Source: Octopus sinensis (Eukaryota). Taken from it: a stretch of 64,000 bases of DNA. Shown piece after piece: positions 50,411-64,000 of this stretch. The notes under the pieces were generated by a model. The model ran no database searches, had not been told where the DNA came from, and was given only the letters and a program-made list of their open reading frames with translations. The translations under genes were made by a program, and so were the position numbers. The DNA lies in contig NC_043012.1 in assembly GCF_006345805.1 (NCBI RefSeq), positions 51,150,001 to 51,214,000 of the forward strand, written 5' to 3'. Position 1 is the stretch's first letter. Every line of letters starts with the position of its first letter.

Positions 50411-53389
50411 CAATTCTTTAAACTCCTTACTGATAGGTAGTACTCTAGTTTACTATAACAGCAACTCCTTAAAAGTAACAACTAGTATCTACTGAATGCC
50501 CCAAAATTTCTGTGTATCATTCACCCCCTCTCCTGGTCATTTACCATTATCTCGAGATTCATGTACCCTGACCCTATACCTAATAGGCTTGTATGCTTTT
50601 ATTTTTATTTTTCCTTCACCTTTTCGTTTGATTTATTTATCCTTTATTATTCCCTTATCCTTGTTTAAGACCTCTCCTTACCTCCCACAGCTCAAAGCCT
50701 ACTATAATAAATTAACTCCTACACCCCCACTGCAGCCTACGTATGAACTAGTCTAGCAGTCCCCTTCTCACCTGGATAACTGACCTTAGATATCATATAA
50801 CACAATTTCCAAATTAAATGTGACGTTAAAAATATCCAGACATTCTATTGATCGTTTGAGATAAAACAAATGATCTTACTCATAGTTTCTACTTTGCACT
50901 AAGTGTAGGGTTGAATTTATAAGATATTACAATTTCTTCAAAACTATAAGCGTAATAAAATCATAATGAATCGTACCGTCAAGGAAGCTTATATGTGTTC
51001 TCTCGTCCTGCTTGGAAGAATTTCCAAATCGCTCTCAACCCACACGCTGTCTGCTTACAAATACTAAAGGGCACATTTAATAATATAGTTTCTCTAAGAA
51101 AGGGTATGTTTGATACTGTTGGTTATGTCTTTCAGAATTTATTTGTTTAATTAATGTTACAGTGAAAATATATAATTCAATAATAATTTGTGTGGTATGA
51201 TTTTAAAATTAGCTTTATAACTGGCTTTGCAAACATACGCCAAACATACTATTTACTATGAATAAGTGTTCTTTACAATCATCATTTGAAACTGTGAAAT
51301 GCAGATACTTCTAAAATTCTTAACGTGCCTTATATGAGAATAGAAAAAAATATAACGAAAATACTGAAAGACTGGGCAATTATATGAAAATAATATATTT
51401 CACAGCATGGTTTCTTATCGAAAGGAAATTTAACATACGATAAATATTTGTCTGTAGTAGGAAGCTGTCGTAATTTCTCCTCAGTAAACTATTAATGAAA
51501 GTTTCTCGTAGTTCGAAAAAAAAACGGTTCAGTAATTTCTTGCCAAACAATGTACACTAAATGTTTGTTTAATGTGATGAAATGTTTCTGCTACGTATAA
51601 GTTCACTCCGTCAATCGAAACGACGTTGTCCGACCAGGTTCAATGTGAAAACCCCATCAGAAGTTGAAATAATTGTAGAACAACATGAGCAGTTTTGCTC
51701 CAGAACGCAAAACACAAACCGTTCAAGTAAGTGAAACCACGATCTCACGATCCTGAATACAACACCTTGACCAATCTGCTATACGTCATCACTTTGAACT
51801 CAAGTAAACTGTGATCGGACATTGCCTGATATGAATCCACCAGGAATATCCTTTTCAATATAAGAAAATACATTGCAAAAATTATCGTACTCAGACCGTT
51901 TTTTCTGAGAACTTATTAACGATATCTATCAAAAGAGTCTTTCACAAGAACAGTTACGTTCTCACATTTCTGATGGATAAATGGTTAATAATATAAAGGT
52001 TTATAATGAGTAGTGTTGTTTAGTAAAGGAAGGTAGCGGCTAGCATATACAATAAATGAACAAATTTTGCTTCTTTTCTAAATGAGTATCTTAACGACAT
52101 ACGAAAACATAAAATACATAATAAATACACATACACACCCACACTTCAGCATAAGCACTCGCACACATATATAAATGAATGAGTGTATTGTTGTTGTTGT
52201 TGTTTTTTTCGTGTAACTAGGTATATATGTACACTTACAACATCACCACATCATTTCTTACATTGTCTGGCTATTATGTGTTATTTTATTATCTACATCA
52301 AGTGAAGTGTATAGCAAAATAGTGTTGAGGAAAAAATATGTGAAAGGATTGATGAGGAAACAAATCACATATAATTCTTAATTCACAATGATGTGATAAT
52401 AAATATAACTTCTATGGAGAGAAAGCTTCAATGATAGTTAAAATTTATGTTTCTGATATCACACTTTAGATATTTTGTATTTCTTTTCCTCTCTTCTTCT
52501 CATATGACGTAGACATCTTGATGTGATATTTCTTTTTTACTTCTTTTGTGTTAATGGCCGGAATTTATTGTATGTATGATTTAACTACTTCTATGAATTG
52601 CTAAATTTTCACTCATGAATAACATCTTAGTTTTGCTAAGAACATCTCTTTTTTCTTCGTATGTATAATCATGATAAATTTTATTTTATTTTTCCGCTAT
52701 GTTTTTTTATTATTTTTTGCAGTTCTTCTTGTTCTTATATTAGTTGTTCATTACTTGGATTTTAACATCTTATTTCTGATATGTGACTATTTGTTTGAAA
52801 CATATATTGAGTTAACAATTTGCCGTTATTTTTTTAAATAACACATTGTCATCATTTCCTTTCAGAAACATTAATCGTATACAAATTTTCAGAATATTAT
52901 CACGCGGTCCTTAATATTCCATTTCCCGCATAATCTAAATACACGAAGTTAGGAATAAATATATGAACTAAGGTTGCTTTCTAAACCTTTTAATATTATA
53001 TAACTTTAACTACGTAAACTAAAAGAGTCTACTAAAATCATTATATCACATTGCCAGCGTGTTTATTTAAAACTAAAATCGAGTTAGATAATTTAGATTA
53101 TCTTTCATTTCTGAATATTTCTGAAAAGCTGTTAACCGTTAGATTATAACATGTCTTAGGGATCTTAGAAGCCCAAAATATCTATCTCTACCTCTCTAAA
53201 AGCAGGTAACGTACCCCTATTTCATTTCCTGATTATTTGTAAGCCTGGTGTTATATCACAACTATGAGTATCAACAAAATATATGCATATAAACAGATGC
53301 CGCAGATCTCAGTAAGAAAATTTGTGAAATATGAAGACTATATTTCTTTTTATTTATAATAGTCGAGGCATAAGAGACATTTATTATCC

Positions 53390-53441
53390 CATATATATAC
53401 ATATATATATACATGTATATATATATATATATATATGTATG

Positions 53442-53537
<96 letters not shown>

Positions 53538-53640
53538 CATATACATACACATATATATATATATGTGTGTGTGTGTGTACGCACACATATAAATATAAAT
53601 ATATATAGAGAGAGAAAGAGAGAGAGAGAAACAGACAGAA
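53390..53640. repeat. (TA)n/(TG)n/(GA)n compound microsatellite
   Basis: Direct reading. Confidence 0.95.
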
Positions 53641-53989
53641 GGTCAGATTGACAGGCACATTTACACATTCACACATAAAAATAACGTTTCAGTCAGCACA
53701 CCACCATGTCCTCGTTTCAATATTATAACTTATAAAATCACATGGACATTGTGAATCGATTTGATGAGTAAACTATATATTCTACAGAAGGAATATGTGA
53801 ACGAGGAAATTCTGTCCCATATTGAATTCCTGTGTATAAACAACCATACTGAGCTGGTAATATATGCTAAATAACGCAATGGCGTTATATGATATATGTT
53901 GGATTCAAATTTGCGTAGAAGGCAAGCAGGTTTGGTTGGGAGGTGTAAGTCGATTATTACATATTTTTTCCACTTTGAAATGATGAGAG

Positions 53990-54090
53990 GCAAAATCAGC
54001 CTCGATCAAATTTGAAATCGGAATGCAGAAACGGACAAAATGCTGCTACGCTTTTCGTCCAGCGTGTGAACGGTTCTGCCAACTCACTGT
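53990..54090 (-). mobile_element. Highly degenerate family B SINE head
   Basis: Minus cagtgagttggcagaaccgttcacacgctggacgaaaagcg...ttcaaatttgatcgagg. Confidence 0.55.
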
Positions 54091-54967
54091 TTTCAATTAT
54101 GCGATATCTATTAATTTCCCATGTTGCGTGTAAAATATCCCTATTTAACAGAAAATTAATTCCTGGCTGTAGAATATCTTTATTGTGAAACATGCATATG
54201 AATAATTGTCGCTTGGCTTCGGGTTGTGCATGCTTCTGTGCCTATAGCAGTAAGACAGAAACATAATCCTAACTAGTAGATTGCTACCTAATACGAATCA
54301 TATATTCCTTTTACCATCAGAAGTTTTAAAATCCTAATTAAAAAAAAAAAACATCCATATCATTATATTTCTAACATTGGCTCTTCACTTTTCATTCTCA
54401 CAAAATATTAAGACAATTTATGAAGACAAATCCAATGCATTTCCTATGTTCTGTGTGTCTATTCGTTCTACCCATACAAGCCTGGTATCTGTCAACTTAT
54501 GCCATGTGCTAATTTGAATTATTTGTTTCGCCTTAGCTGTGTCTTTAACATCTTTTAGATATACTTATATTGATTGTTAACTGTTCGAAAGATTAATACT
54601 AGTATGGATAACAGGATATAATTCACCGAATGTTAAGCTTGGGATCGAACTTTTACAACATAAGTATATACTTTATGGAAATTTGCGTGGCCTGCATTCG
54701 GCCGTCAGATAATTTAGGTAAGTTTAGAGTGAATTAAATTTCAAGTATATTATTATTCTAATAATGGGATCTGTATTCAATATAAATACATGTGGAACGT
54801 TACCGGGATAACCAGTAATAGTCTACAATTTATTATCAACAAATAATTGTATAAATTATAAAATAATTTAAATTTTCGTAATATTTCCCTTGATTTTAAT
54901 TCTGAAGAATACCGACAAAATACATGATATTTTTTTCCAAATGGAATACCAATCATTATTATCTCAC

Positions 54968-55124
54968 CACAATCATTTCGAAAGTGTTGATTTCCGTTTA
55001 ATATCGATTTAATGTATTGTACTTGAATAAAAAATAAACTACTCCTCGAATTAGAAATTGAAACCGTTCCTGCAAATCGTGCTGCTGTGCTTGGTACAAG
55101 TTGAAAACTAATACACGCCATGCA
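54968..55124 (-). CDS. Candidate 157-nt exon, unidentified
   Basis: Acceptor atttcttttgtcttag| and donor G|gtgaga; one frame is open across the segment. No homology recognised. Confidence 0.2.
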
Positions 55125-57179
55125 CTAAGACAAAAGAAATTAGTGTCAACTGAAATATAAAGAAAATTGTAGCAAAACTTTTAATTATTTCTCTTCTATT
55201 TGTACATATAGTTGTTCATATTTGTTCTGATATTTCTACTTATAAAATACTTTGAAGTAAGAAAAGCATTCCTTGTATTTTTGTCATCTAAATTAATTGG
55301 AAAATTGAAATATTTATTAATTTTTCTAATAACTAAATTGAAAACACATTAGCCTACGAAATCACGTGGCAGAACGCAATATACAAAATTGCGCATGGTT
55401 TACCTAGTTTATAAACGGATGTTGAAAGGAAGGAAATGAAATTACTGCTAGTTCACAACCTATTTAAGCATTAAAATTTAATATTAAACATAATAATAAT
55501 AAGAAAAACATAAACATACATGTTTTTACCTTCCAGACGCCGCTTTACTGAAATTGCTCCACACGAAGAAATAGCAACATAAATAAACAGATTTAATTGG
55601 AAATTGAAAGTAACAAAAAAGAAGAGAAACAAAACATTAAAACATTAAATTATCTATACAATTTCTTTGCTTTTAATCTAAAAATCATGCTTATAAATAA
55701 CCCTGCTCATTAATTACACATATCCACGTTCGGAACACAAATCATGTCAACACCCTAATTCTTAAATAAAAATAACAACGCCTGTGTACATTAAAACTCA
55801 GAACACTCCAGTTAAACAACTATTCATTATATCACAATGTTTAAACCGTAAAGTAATAAACATGTATTTATAAATAAACTCCTTGACATTTCAGTGCTGA
55901 CTAAAATCATGAAACTTCTGTGAAGTTACATTTACACAACAGCAGTTACCATATTCCTCATTTTGTCGTTCATGATATTTAGCGCTAGTTAAACACTGAT
56001 GGATCCAGCCTACTGCATTGAAGCATTAAATATCTTGGTTCATATAATAGATTACGGAATAGTCAATCAATGTATTGAATTATAAGACTCATAGAAGTAT
56101 AATGAAAACGACCAAATATTCTGCAAAAATAGTCCTCAATGGAAACTTAGTGTGATTCAGTTTTTGAATATTGGGACATTCGCTCGCAGGTACAATCCAT
56201 GCGATGGCTTACCTTCAAACTAATCCACCCACAGTATTTAGGTCGACGTGAGTGTTTAATTGCATAGCGATAAAAAGCAAAATTACTCTTCGCCAAAAAC
56301 ACCAACCAGTGGGATCAAAGTGAGAGTCTCTTAATTGCGAAGTGATGTTATTAACTACTTGACTGTGTGAATACAGTGATATATAATGATATTTATTATT
56401 ACATTATCTAATGTCTACTATCACTTATTAAGTAGTTGGGATGTCATAAGAGAACATATCTATTCTGTAATCACATCTTTCTATCCTGTTAAGCAATCAT
56501 TTAGACATTCATTTGTCCAATTTTTTTTGCATATTCTTAAAATAATTTTCATCCCCAAATAATTTAAAGCTTGTCTTTAATTTATTATCAATGTCTTTTA
56601 TGCATTTATTTTCATTTATAGAAATTCCACACGTTGTAAGAAATATAACACCTTATTAAGACTTTCATCTTTCACAAGTCTTGAAACGGCGAGAGAATAG
56701 TAATATCATTTCAATTTGAATTTAAACTATGTCGATCATTCGTTTCTCTACGAGTTAGACATATGCTCAATTCCGATAGACACCAGAAACCACTTTAATT
56801 GTTTCCACTTAAAATATCTACATTTTTTGAAGTTAACAAAATTGTTTTTTTCAGTCGATAATCATCAAAAGAGCGAGAAGGAATTTACCTTTGTATTGAA
56901 TATTTACATTTAGACTTTCAGTTCAGCTATGTAGGTCAGAGATATCAATGAGTTAAAACCATTTATGACATTGCTTTTTTTTATCGCTATGCAGTTAAAT
57001 ATAACCTAGACCACGGCCAGCATTGACACTGCTAGATAAACGACCATAACAGGAATACATCACACTCTACCTTATAAATAAACGTCGGATAATTTACTCG
57101 TAGATATCTAATGCCAGCTCCACAGGTATCAATCCAGAACACCTTTGAACCCCTTACTAACACTAATCCTCATAACTCC

Positions 57180-57850
57180 AACTATAATTCCACTACTAAC
57201 TCCCGGACCTTAAATTTATCATAACGCAAACTATACCTCATGTAAAAATAAAGGACGATACAGACAATACCACCGGACATGATAAGTATCATATTATATG
57301 ATCCCATGACGCCATCCTCAAGTCCCTAATAAATGCTAATCTTAACGCTATCGCTAATAACGAGCTTAACAACGACTCCTCACTAAATAACAATCCCTTC
57401 ACAAATTCATCCAGTTCAACCCCTGCAGACTTATACAACTGCCGACGCCCAACCTCCTGTCCTTTAGATAATCACTGTCTCACAAAAACATCGTTTACAA
57501 GTGTACAGTATCAGCTGCTAATTGTAACGGCGCATATATCGGCTAGTGCTGCACTACCTTCAAATCTGGAGTAAGCAACCGCAAACCTAGTTTCAACTCC
57601 CAAACGAAATCCAGCAGTACATCTTTATCTTAGCTTATCCATAAATTAAAGAATTATTCAACTCCTTACATTCTCAAGTGGTTCATACTCACCCACGCCA
57701 AATCTTACAGCAACCATAATAACAAGTGTGATCTCTGCATAGCCGAGATCTTAGCTATTATGCGATCCACGGATTCTCTCAATGAACGCAGCAGCATAAT
57801 TTTTACCTGCAAACATTAATCACTAAATTTATTCTCAAAATACAAATAAC
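57180..57850 (+). mobile_element. Degenerate PLE linker plus GIY-YIG (3' UTR probably runs to about 58430)
   Basis: From 57434: YNCRRPTSCPLDNHCLTK/IVYKCTVS...AYIG*...FKSGVSNRKPSF...TSLS*LIHKLK...W.I...CDLCIAEILAI...LNERS...CKH. Confidence 0.8.
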
Positions 57851-58445
57851 AACACCCCTACCAGCATCCTTTCCCCTAGCCTTCTTAAAATACATGCGCC
57901 CACATACACCTCTACTACTCCATACTGTAAACATGCACGCCGCATACAACCATATACATTCCTTATTTGATAGTTACTAGTAGTGGCTACAATCCTTCCC
58001 CATTCTCTCTTTATTTCTGTTTCCAATACTACCCCTTCACTTCATACATACTTTATTCTCCCCCTTGACCACACATATTTCCCCAGCCCTCCACATTGTC
58101 TTTTTTCTTAAATTACCACCTGCGTTCATAATCTCTGTGATTCGCCCAAAACAGCCATAATTAATATTACAGGTCAAATTACCTTGCTTAAATTCATCGT
58201 TGTTTTCACTCCTTTATGTTTTTACACCTTTTATTCTTTTGTTTTATATTTCTAATTACTCTCTACATCTATTCTCTCCATACTTACTATGCTCTTTGCA
58301 GATTTTAATCGAAACCGCCATCGTTTAACATCTACCTACTAACGAAAATGTAAACTGTCGCTTGAATATTTACGCTCCCGATATTCCGCTCGCTTGACAC
58401 GGATTTTACCTACTTCATTCCTTAACTCTTGTATGTGTGTGTATG

Positions 58446-58502
<57 letters not shown>

Positions 58503-58505
<3 letters not shown>

Positions 58506-58900
58506 TTTTATTTTTCATGGTTTCAGTCATTTTACTGCGTCCATGCTGGAGCTCGCCTTTACTCGTCCAAATCGACCACAGGACTTAATCTTTGCAAGAT
58601 TAGTACTTATATTATCGGCCTCTTTTGCTAAGTTACGGGGACATAAACACACCAACATTGGTTGTGAATCGATAATGGGTGGACAAACACACACAAAAGC
58701 CCCCCCAACACCACCACCCACACACACATGTATGTTTTTACGGACTTCTTTCAACTTCCGTCTAACAAATCCACTAACAAGTCTCTGGTCAGCCCGAGGC
58801 TACAGCAGAGGATAGTTGTCCAAGCTGCCACGCAGTGGAACTCAACTCGTGACCATGTGGTTGGGAGCGAGCTTCTTACTACACAGCCACGCTTGCCATA
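58503..58900 (-). mobile_element. SINE family A, diverged
   Basis: Reverse complement of the consensus from tail to head. Confidence 0.85.
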
Positions 58901-61449
58901 TATAAATATATATATATATATATATATGGGCAATATATGAAGTGCATTATGATAAAAAAAAAACGCGCATATATGCTTAGAAACAGTTCAACATATGATT
59001 CAGTCACAAGCTCTGAACCTAAATATTGTCGGCCCTATTCGAAACCATAGCGTGTAGTCTCTTACACTTAGCCGTATATTATGAAAATACATTCCTATGC
59101 ACCTCTTCTTTAGACATGTCGATAAAAATAGTAAAAATATTGCATATATTTACAACCATCCTTAAAAATCCAGGAAATATCCTGTCATGTTAGTAATGCG
59201 ATTTTTTTTCCGGTGATTTGTTAATTTTCTCCTTTTGTTTTCTAGATTAGCTGTTGTTTTATGATCTGAAGCTTCAGACTTAACATTGTTGCATCATGTT
59301 ACTGTCATGGACCATGTTATCTAATGAGTACATTATTCATCAACGTGGTATGCCTCATTTTGTCGAGGATATGGCTTATATATCTAGCAATTTCAAAAAC
59401 AAAGTTGATGTTACCCTGCTTTCTAGTTATATAACAATACGTTGATTGTTTACCGTAGATATTCATCCATATACCAAATTCCCAAGAGGTAGTAGGTGCG
59501 TTGCAGTGGTGAGCATTCGAGAAATACGATAAACCATTGCAGAATTTTATATGCAAAATCGTTATAATAATTTCATATATACATCCAACTAATCTATACA
59601 GATAATCCAAATACATTAATCTCTATCTGCTAGCTATAGCGGTGATATCTGCCTCAAAGTACACATTAATGACTTAAAATGCGATTCTATGATACTGTTG
59701 TTATAGCTGATGCAATAAGAAAGAAGAGTCCTATGTGAAAGTCCTTCAATGATTGATCGAATTGATCAGAGTACTTCTAATGACTACTAATGACTCCATG
59801 GACTTATTAGCACCGCACAATCAAAAATATTACATATAGGCCCCATTGACATTTTCGCCAGCGTTGTACATTATATTAACTTGACAGGATACGTTAAAGT
59901 ATTTATATATTGATAATTTTGAATTATATATTTTCATACGAATTCATTTTAATGGCTTAAACAGAAAAACGGATTGAACAAAGTGGCTCGTTTCTTCTAT
60001 TTGAGTTGAAACCAGCCAAGATCAATTTTACTTTTAATCATTACAAAGTCGATAAGATATATAATAAATTGACAGATTTTCAAGGATTGCCAGACAGGAT
60101 TCTCTGGCCGCATGCAGTTCTTGTTCTGATATTAAATTTATCCATGGTATATTGGGCGGTAAACATAAGCAGTCGTTCGGTTAATTTTTATCAAACGTGT
60201 TGGTGCCAATAGTGGCATCAATTGTGTTGGAAGTATTCTAGTCAGGTCACAGATTTCAGGATTCTTCCATCCATAGCCGATTCTCGCAAACTTTTTTAAA
60301 CTCATGATCATTGGTATTCATACTGACTAGAAAGTTAAGAAGCGACGTTTTCCTCAGAGATCTGTGTGTAGGAGACAAGATGCGATCTTCCACGTGGTGG
60401 ATAAGCCAGGGGCTTTTTAAATACACGGCCTGAGATAAAACATGTAAAGGTCAGCTGTTAGAACGCTAAAGATTCACGTTCGAGATCATACTTTACGAAA
60501 AAGCAGTGATCACAAAGTAATAGATGGTAAATTACTTAAATTGCGTTCCGCATCGAGATCGAACGTATAAATATGTAATATCATGGTAAGCTTTTCATAT
60601 CATTCAGCTTTAACTCCGATGCGCATATAATTCATACATTAATACATATGACAATGCACTTATGAATAGATAATCATAACTTTAAAAAGAAACATTCAGA
60701 GAAAATAAATATCGTATATGTATGGAAATATACACAAAAAATATATACATATAAAGTTATCACAGCATGCATTCATGTGGATATACACAAGTGTATTTCA
60801 AAGTAACTCTGCATATGTGCATCTGTTAATGTTTTTGATAGCGCCATCATGTCATCTAATACTCAAAGGTGGAAGGAAAGAAAAGGCGTAAAGAAAATAT
60901 TTTGCGTAGAACTCACTAAAGATAAATATATAGAACAAAATTTTAAATGGATTAAAATTATTGCATAGGTCAGTATAGAGGCATCATAAGAACAAAGGCA
61001 GCGATATATAATACAGATATTAACATATGTTGCTTCATGCACATATGCATAATCTTTCTGTTCTTCGCACACTCTCAGTCTCTCACATACGTATATACAT
61101 ACATGCGCATATACAACTACAATCAAAGGTGAAAGGGTGTGGGAAGAAAATATGTTTGCATAGTTTTAAGTATACATGAATAAATTTTTGTATATGTCTA
61201 TCTAAGTGTATATGTATGTGCGTGACGTCTGGGAGATAGCCCGTCTGTGAATTCGGTGGTGAGTTAGCTTTGCAAGGAGAAAAATATAAACAATAAATTG
61301 CGTGCGTACTTGTATAAATGTGTGTATGTGTGTGCGTGTGTATGTGTCTGTGTGTGTGTATTCATACAAACATCAGTCAGATATCATTGTATTCTATCTC
61401 ACTATCTCTCTTTATTCGCTATCCATCTACATCTACATATTTCTCTTTC

Positions 61450-61470
61450 TCTTATGTAGATATATGTATG

Positions 61471-61548
<78 letters not shown>

Positions 61549-61657
61549 TGTGTGTGTATGTGTGTGTGTGTCTGCTTGAATATATGCATGTGTGTGCGTC
61601 TTTGTATGCACACAACATTTGTATGTATGTGAGTACACACACTCACACACACATGTA

Positions 61658-61710
<53 letters not shown>
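61450..61710. repeat. (TA)n/(TG)n microsatellites
   Basis: Direct reading. Confidence 0.95.
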
Positions 61711-61713
<3 letters not shown>

Positions 61714-62248
61714 GATACAAAGAGGGTGTTAGCAGGGAAGTGGTGAGGAAGTACCAGTATATCATCACTGCTAATGTATAGATGTGTACTGGGAGAAACT
61801 AAGTGTGATAGGTGCAGCCATGCTTTATACATATATACATCAGTTGGGATTAGTTCGCTATAGATCTAATAGAGATATACAAATGGATTGCTATCTATGC
61901 ATGAATAACAGAATAGTTGAAACAAGTCTCCGAAGTATACAGATTATGAAAGAATAAACCATGATGAAGATCCTACACTACGTTTAAGAGATCAATCTGT
62001 CACTTTCATCTGAATAAAACAAGTGTAAGAGAGTTAAAGTAAGCCAACCTGTTATAAATATTATACAAAAGAGGAATTACGTTTATATGTATGTCTGTAT
62101 CTCAATATCTGTCTATCTTTGCATCTATTTATTTTGCTAAGTATTTCTGCTGAATGTATGTATATGTATGTATGCATTCATGTATGTATGAAGCTACGCA
62201 TTTATGAATAGGCATATACATATATACATACACATACACATATACATT

Positions 62249-62293
<45 letters not shown>

Positions 62294-62344
62294 TGTATGT
62301 ATGGAGAGAAAGAGAGAATGACACACATCCATACATACATGTAT

Positions 62345-62480
62345 ACATAGACAGATAGATAGATTGATAGACAGATAGTCTGACAGACATAGACAGTCAG
62401 ACAGACAGACAGACAGATAGATAGGTAGGTAGGTAGTAGGTAGGTAGGTAGGTAGGTAGGTAGGTAAGTAGGTAGGTAGG
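62345..62480. repeat. (TAGA)n/(CAGA)n/(TAGG)n tetranucleotide tract
   Basis: Direct reading. Confidence 0.9.
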
Positions 62481-63369
62481 TACATATATACATACATACA
62501 TGTAATGACTAGGTAAACTCCTGTTGTCAGAATTCTAAACAAATTATTGTGTTAGATACATATACTACTATATATCGAGTGTTAAAAATTATATTTCTTC
62601 ATCTGCTTAATTTTATAGCTTTCTATCTCTCTCCAGAATTTTACCAAGCGTTCTGTACTTTATTTACATAAGTATCTATCCGTTTATACATAAATACATT
62701 TATGAATATTTTTATGTAATAATATGTGTGAAGTCATATATCGGTAATATGCCTTAATCCTTGGTTTATCCTCATTTTATGTTAGTCTTTTCTTACATCG
62801 AAAATCAAACTCTTCTTAATATGACTGATTCACATTTATACATAAGAGACCATCACCTGTACTCTGCCTACATCGTTACAATATCATCTATTTAGTGTTG
62901 AAATAAACAACATATATGCTGTCACCTACATATTTATGCTACTTATTTTGCTTGAAAATAAGACATACATGTACTTTAGCACATGCAGAAACAGTCGAAA
63001 ATATTCATGATTTGTAAATCTATACCAGCCTCAGACATCACAAAACTGAAGAAATCGACATGGAAACTGAAAGGAACGCTGTGATTTTTGACAAGATGCT
63101 ATTGGTGAAATGGTGTCTCCTGTTGATAGAATCAATGATGTTTGAATTAATGCATGATGTTCTTGCGTATCCAACAGCCAATTAGATTTTGTTTAATCCT
63201 CAAGTAGAATCTGCTATTTCTTCTGAAAGATAGAGGCTGGAAATTTTAAATAAAACTACGGTTCATTGGATTCGAGTTACAACACGTGTTATCTTCCGAA
63301 TTTCATTTATAAGGATCGCGTCTACACAAGTTATTGTTGAAATAATTGCCGAAGCAGCACATTACTTAC

Positions 63370-63475
63370 CTACGGAACTATGCCTGGTACAATATTTCAC
63401 CGAACGATTCTTGTAAATTTTGGGATTGATCAATAATTTACTTTTACGAGGATTATCCTCAGCGTCTTTATTCAT
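63370..63475 (-). CDS. Candidate first coding exon, unidentified
   Basis: ATG-initiated open frame MNKDAEDNPRKSKLLINPKIYKNRSVKYCTRHSSV ending at a consensus donor G|gtaagt. No homology recognised. Confidence 0.2.
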
Positions 63476-63699
63476 AACTCAGGGTTAATGAGCAGCACCA
63501 ATAATTCATTATAATATTATTATTCATACCTTAAGAACATAAGCTCCTGAAATATATTCTTTGCGTCCAATTTCAAAAAAATACACTCCTTATTAGTAAT
63601 AGTGCTTTTAAACACTTTCATTTTCTATGTTCTACTAAGTAGTTCACCCTCTCTCTTTTTAGTTACTCTTGAAATATTACTGAAATTCATATCATTTGT

Positions 63700-63900
63700 A
63701 TATGTTAGCAGACAAGACGATATCTTGCTAAGCATTTCGTCCGTCACTACCTTCTGAGTTCAAATTCTGTCGAGGTCGTCCACCTTGCCTTTCATCCTTC
63801 GTGGTCGATAAAAGTAATAGTAATTGAAAATTGGGATGGATGTAATTGACATTTCTTCTACTCTGAACTTATTGGCCTTGTGCCAAACTTTGAAAACAAT
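63700..63900 (+). mobile_element. Degenerate SINE family B
   Basis: ctgagttcaaattctgtcgagg...cttgcctttcatccttcgtggtcgataaaa...ggccttgtgccaaactttgaaa. Confidence 0.75.
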
Positions 63901-64000
63901 ATTTCATTATGGTGCATACAGTGTTTTGTTTAATGATACATATATCTAACACTGCATTATAAGGAACCATAATATATATTTTAGAGGAACATTATGTTCA

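Noticed and set aside
58250-58350. Possible ribozyme at the 3' end of the 57-58 kb PLE relic
   Set aside because: Only GAAAC is present; there is no CUGANGA core.
59245-59330. Strong plus-strand acceptor ttttctccttttgttttctag
   Set aside because: All three frames stop within a few codons.
63020-63500. Long plus-strand frame with few stops
   Set aside because: Three internal stops, no recognisable motif, and it overlaps a better minus-strand donor site.

Overview
This is an AT-rich, microsatellite-dense eukaryotic window. The tRNA-derived SINE families look like those of octopus/coleoid cephalopods (inference). No host gene can be identified; there are only a few weak splice-bounded exon candidates. 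Interspersed repeats dominate the recognisable content. These are three SINE families (about 25 copies, including nested, dimeric and chimeric forms), a nest of R4/Dong-like RLE LINE fragments at 8.1-13 kb, non-autonomous Helitrons, MITEs, and several Penelope-like elements (PLEs). The most notable region is 23.4-34.2 kb. It holds a 5'-truncated PLE, a near-intact PLE with apparently identical 574-bp pseudo-LTRs (pLTRs), and two short non-coding mini-elements of about 400 bp, all abutting (TA)n tracts. By manual folding I found five type I hammerhead ribozyme motifs of four distinct sequences there: 26554-26644 (+), 26945-26989 (-), 31223-31267 (-), 33502-33573 (-) and 34019-34078 (-). One mini-element is a 396-nt monomer with a 35-nt terminal redundancy (retrozyme-like). 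The other holds its ribozyme in the loop of a 90-bp foldback. All coordinates were read by eye; repeat ends are approximate, and clade names are recollection-based inference, not database results.
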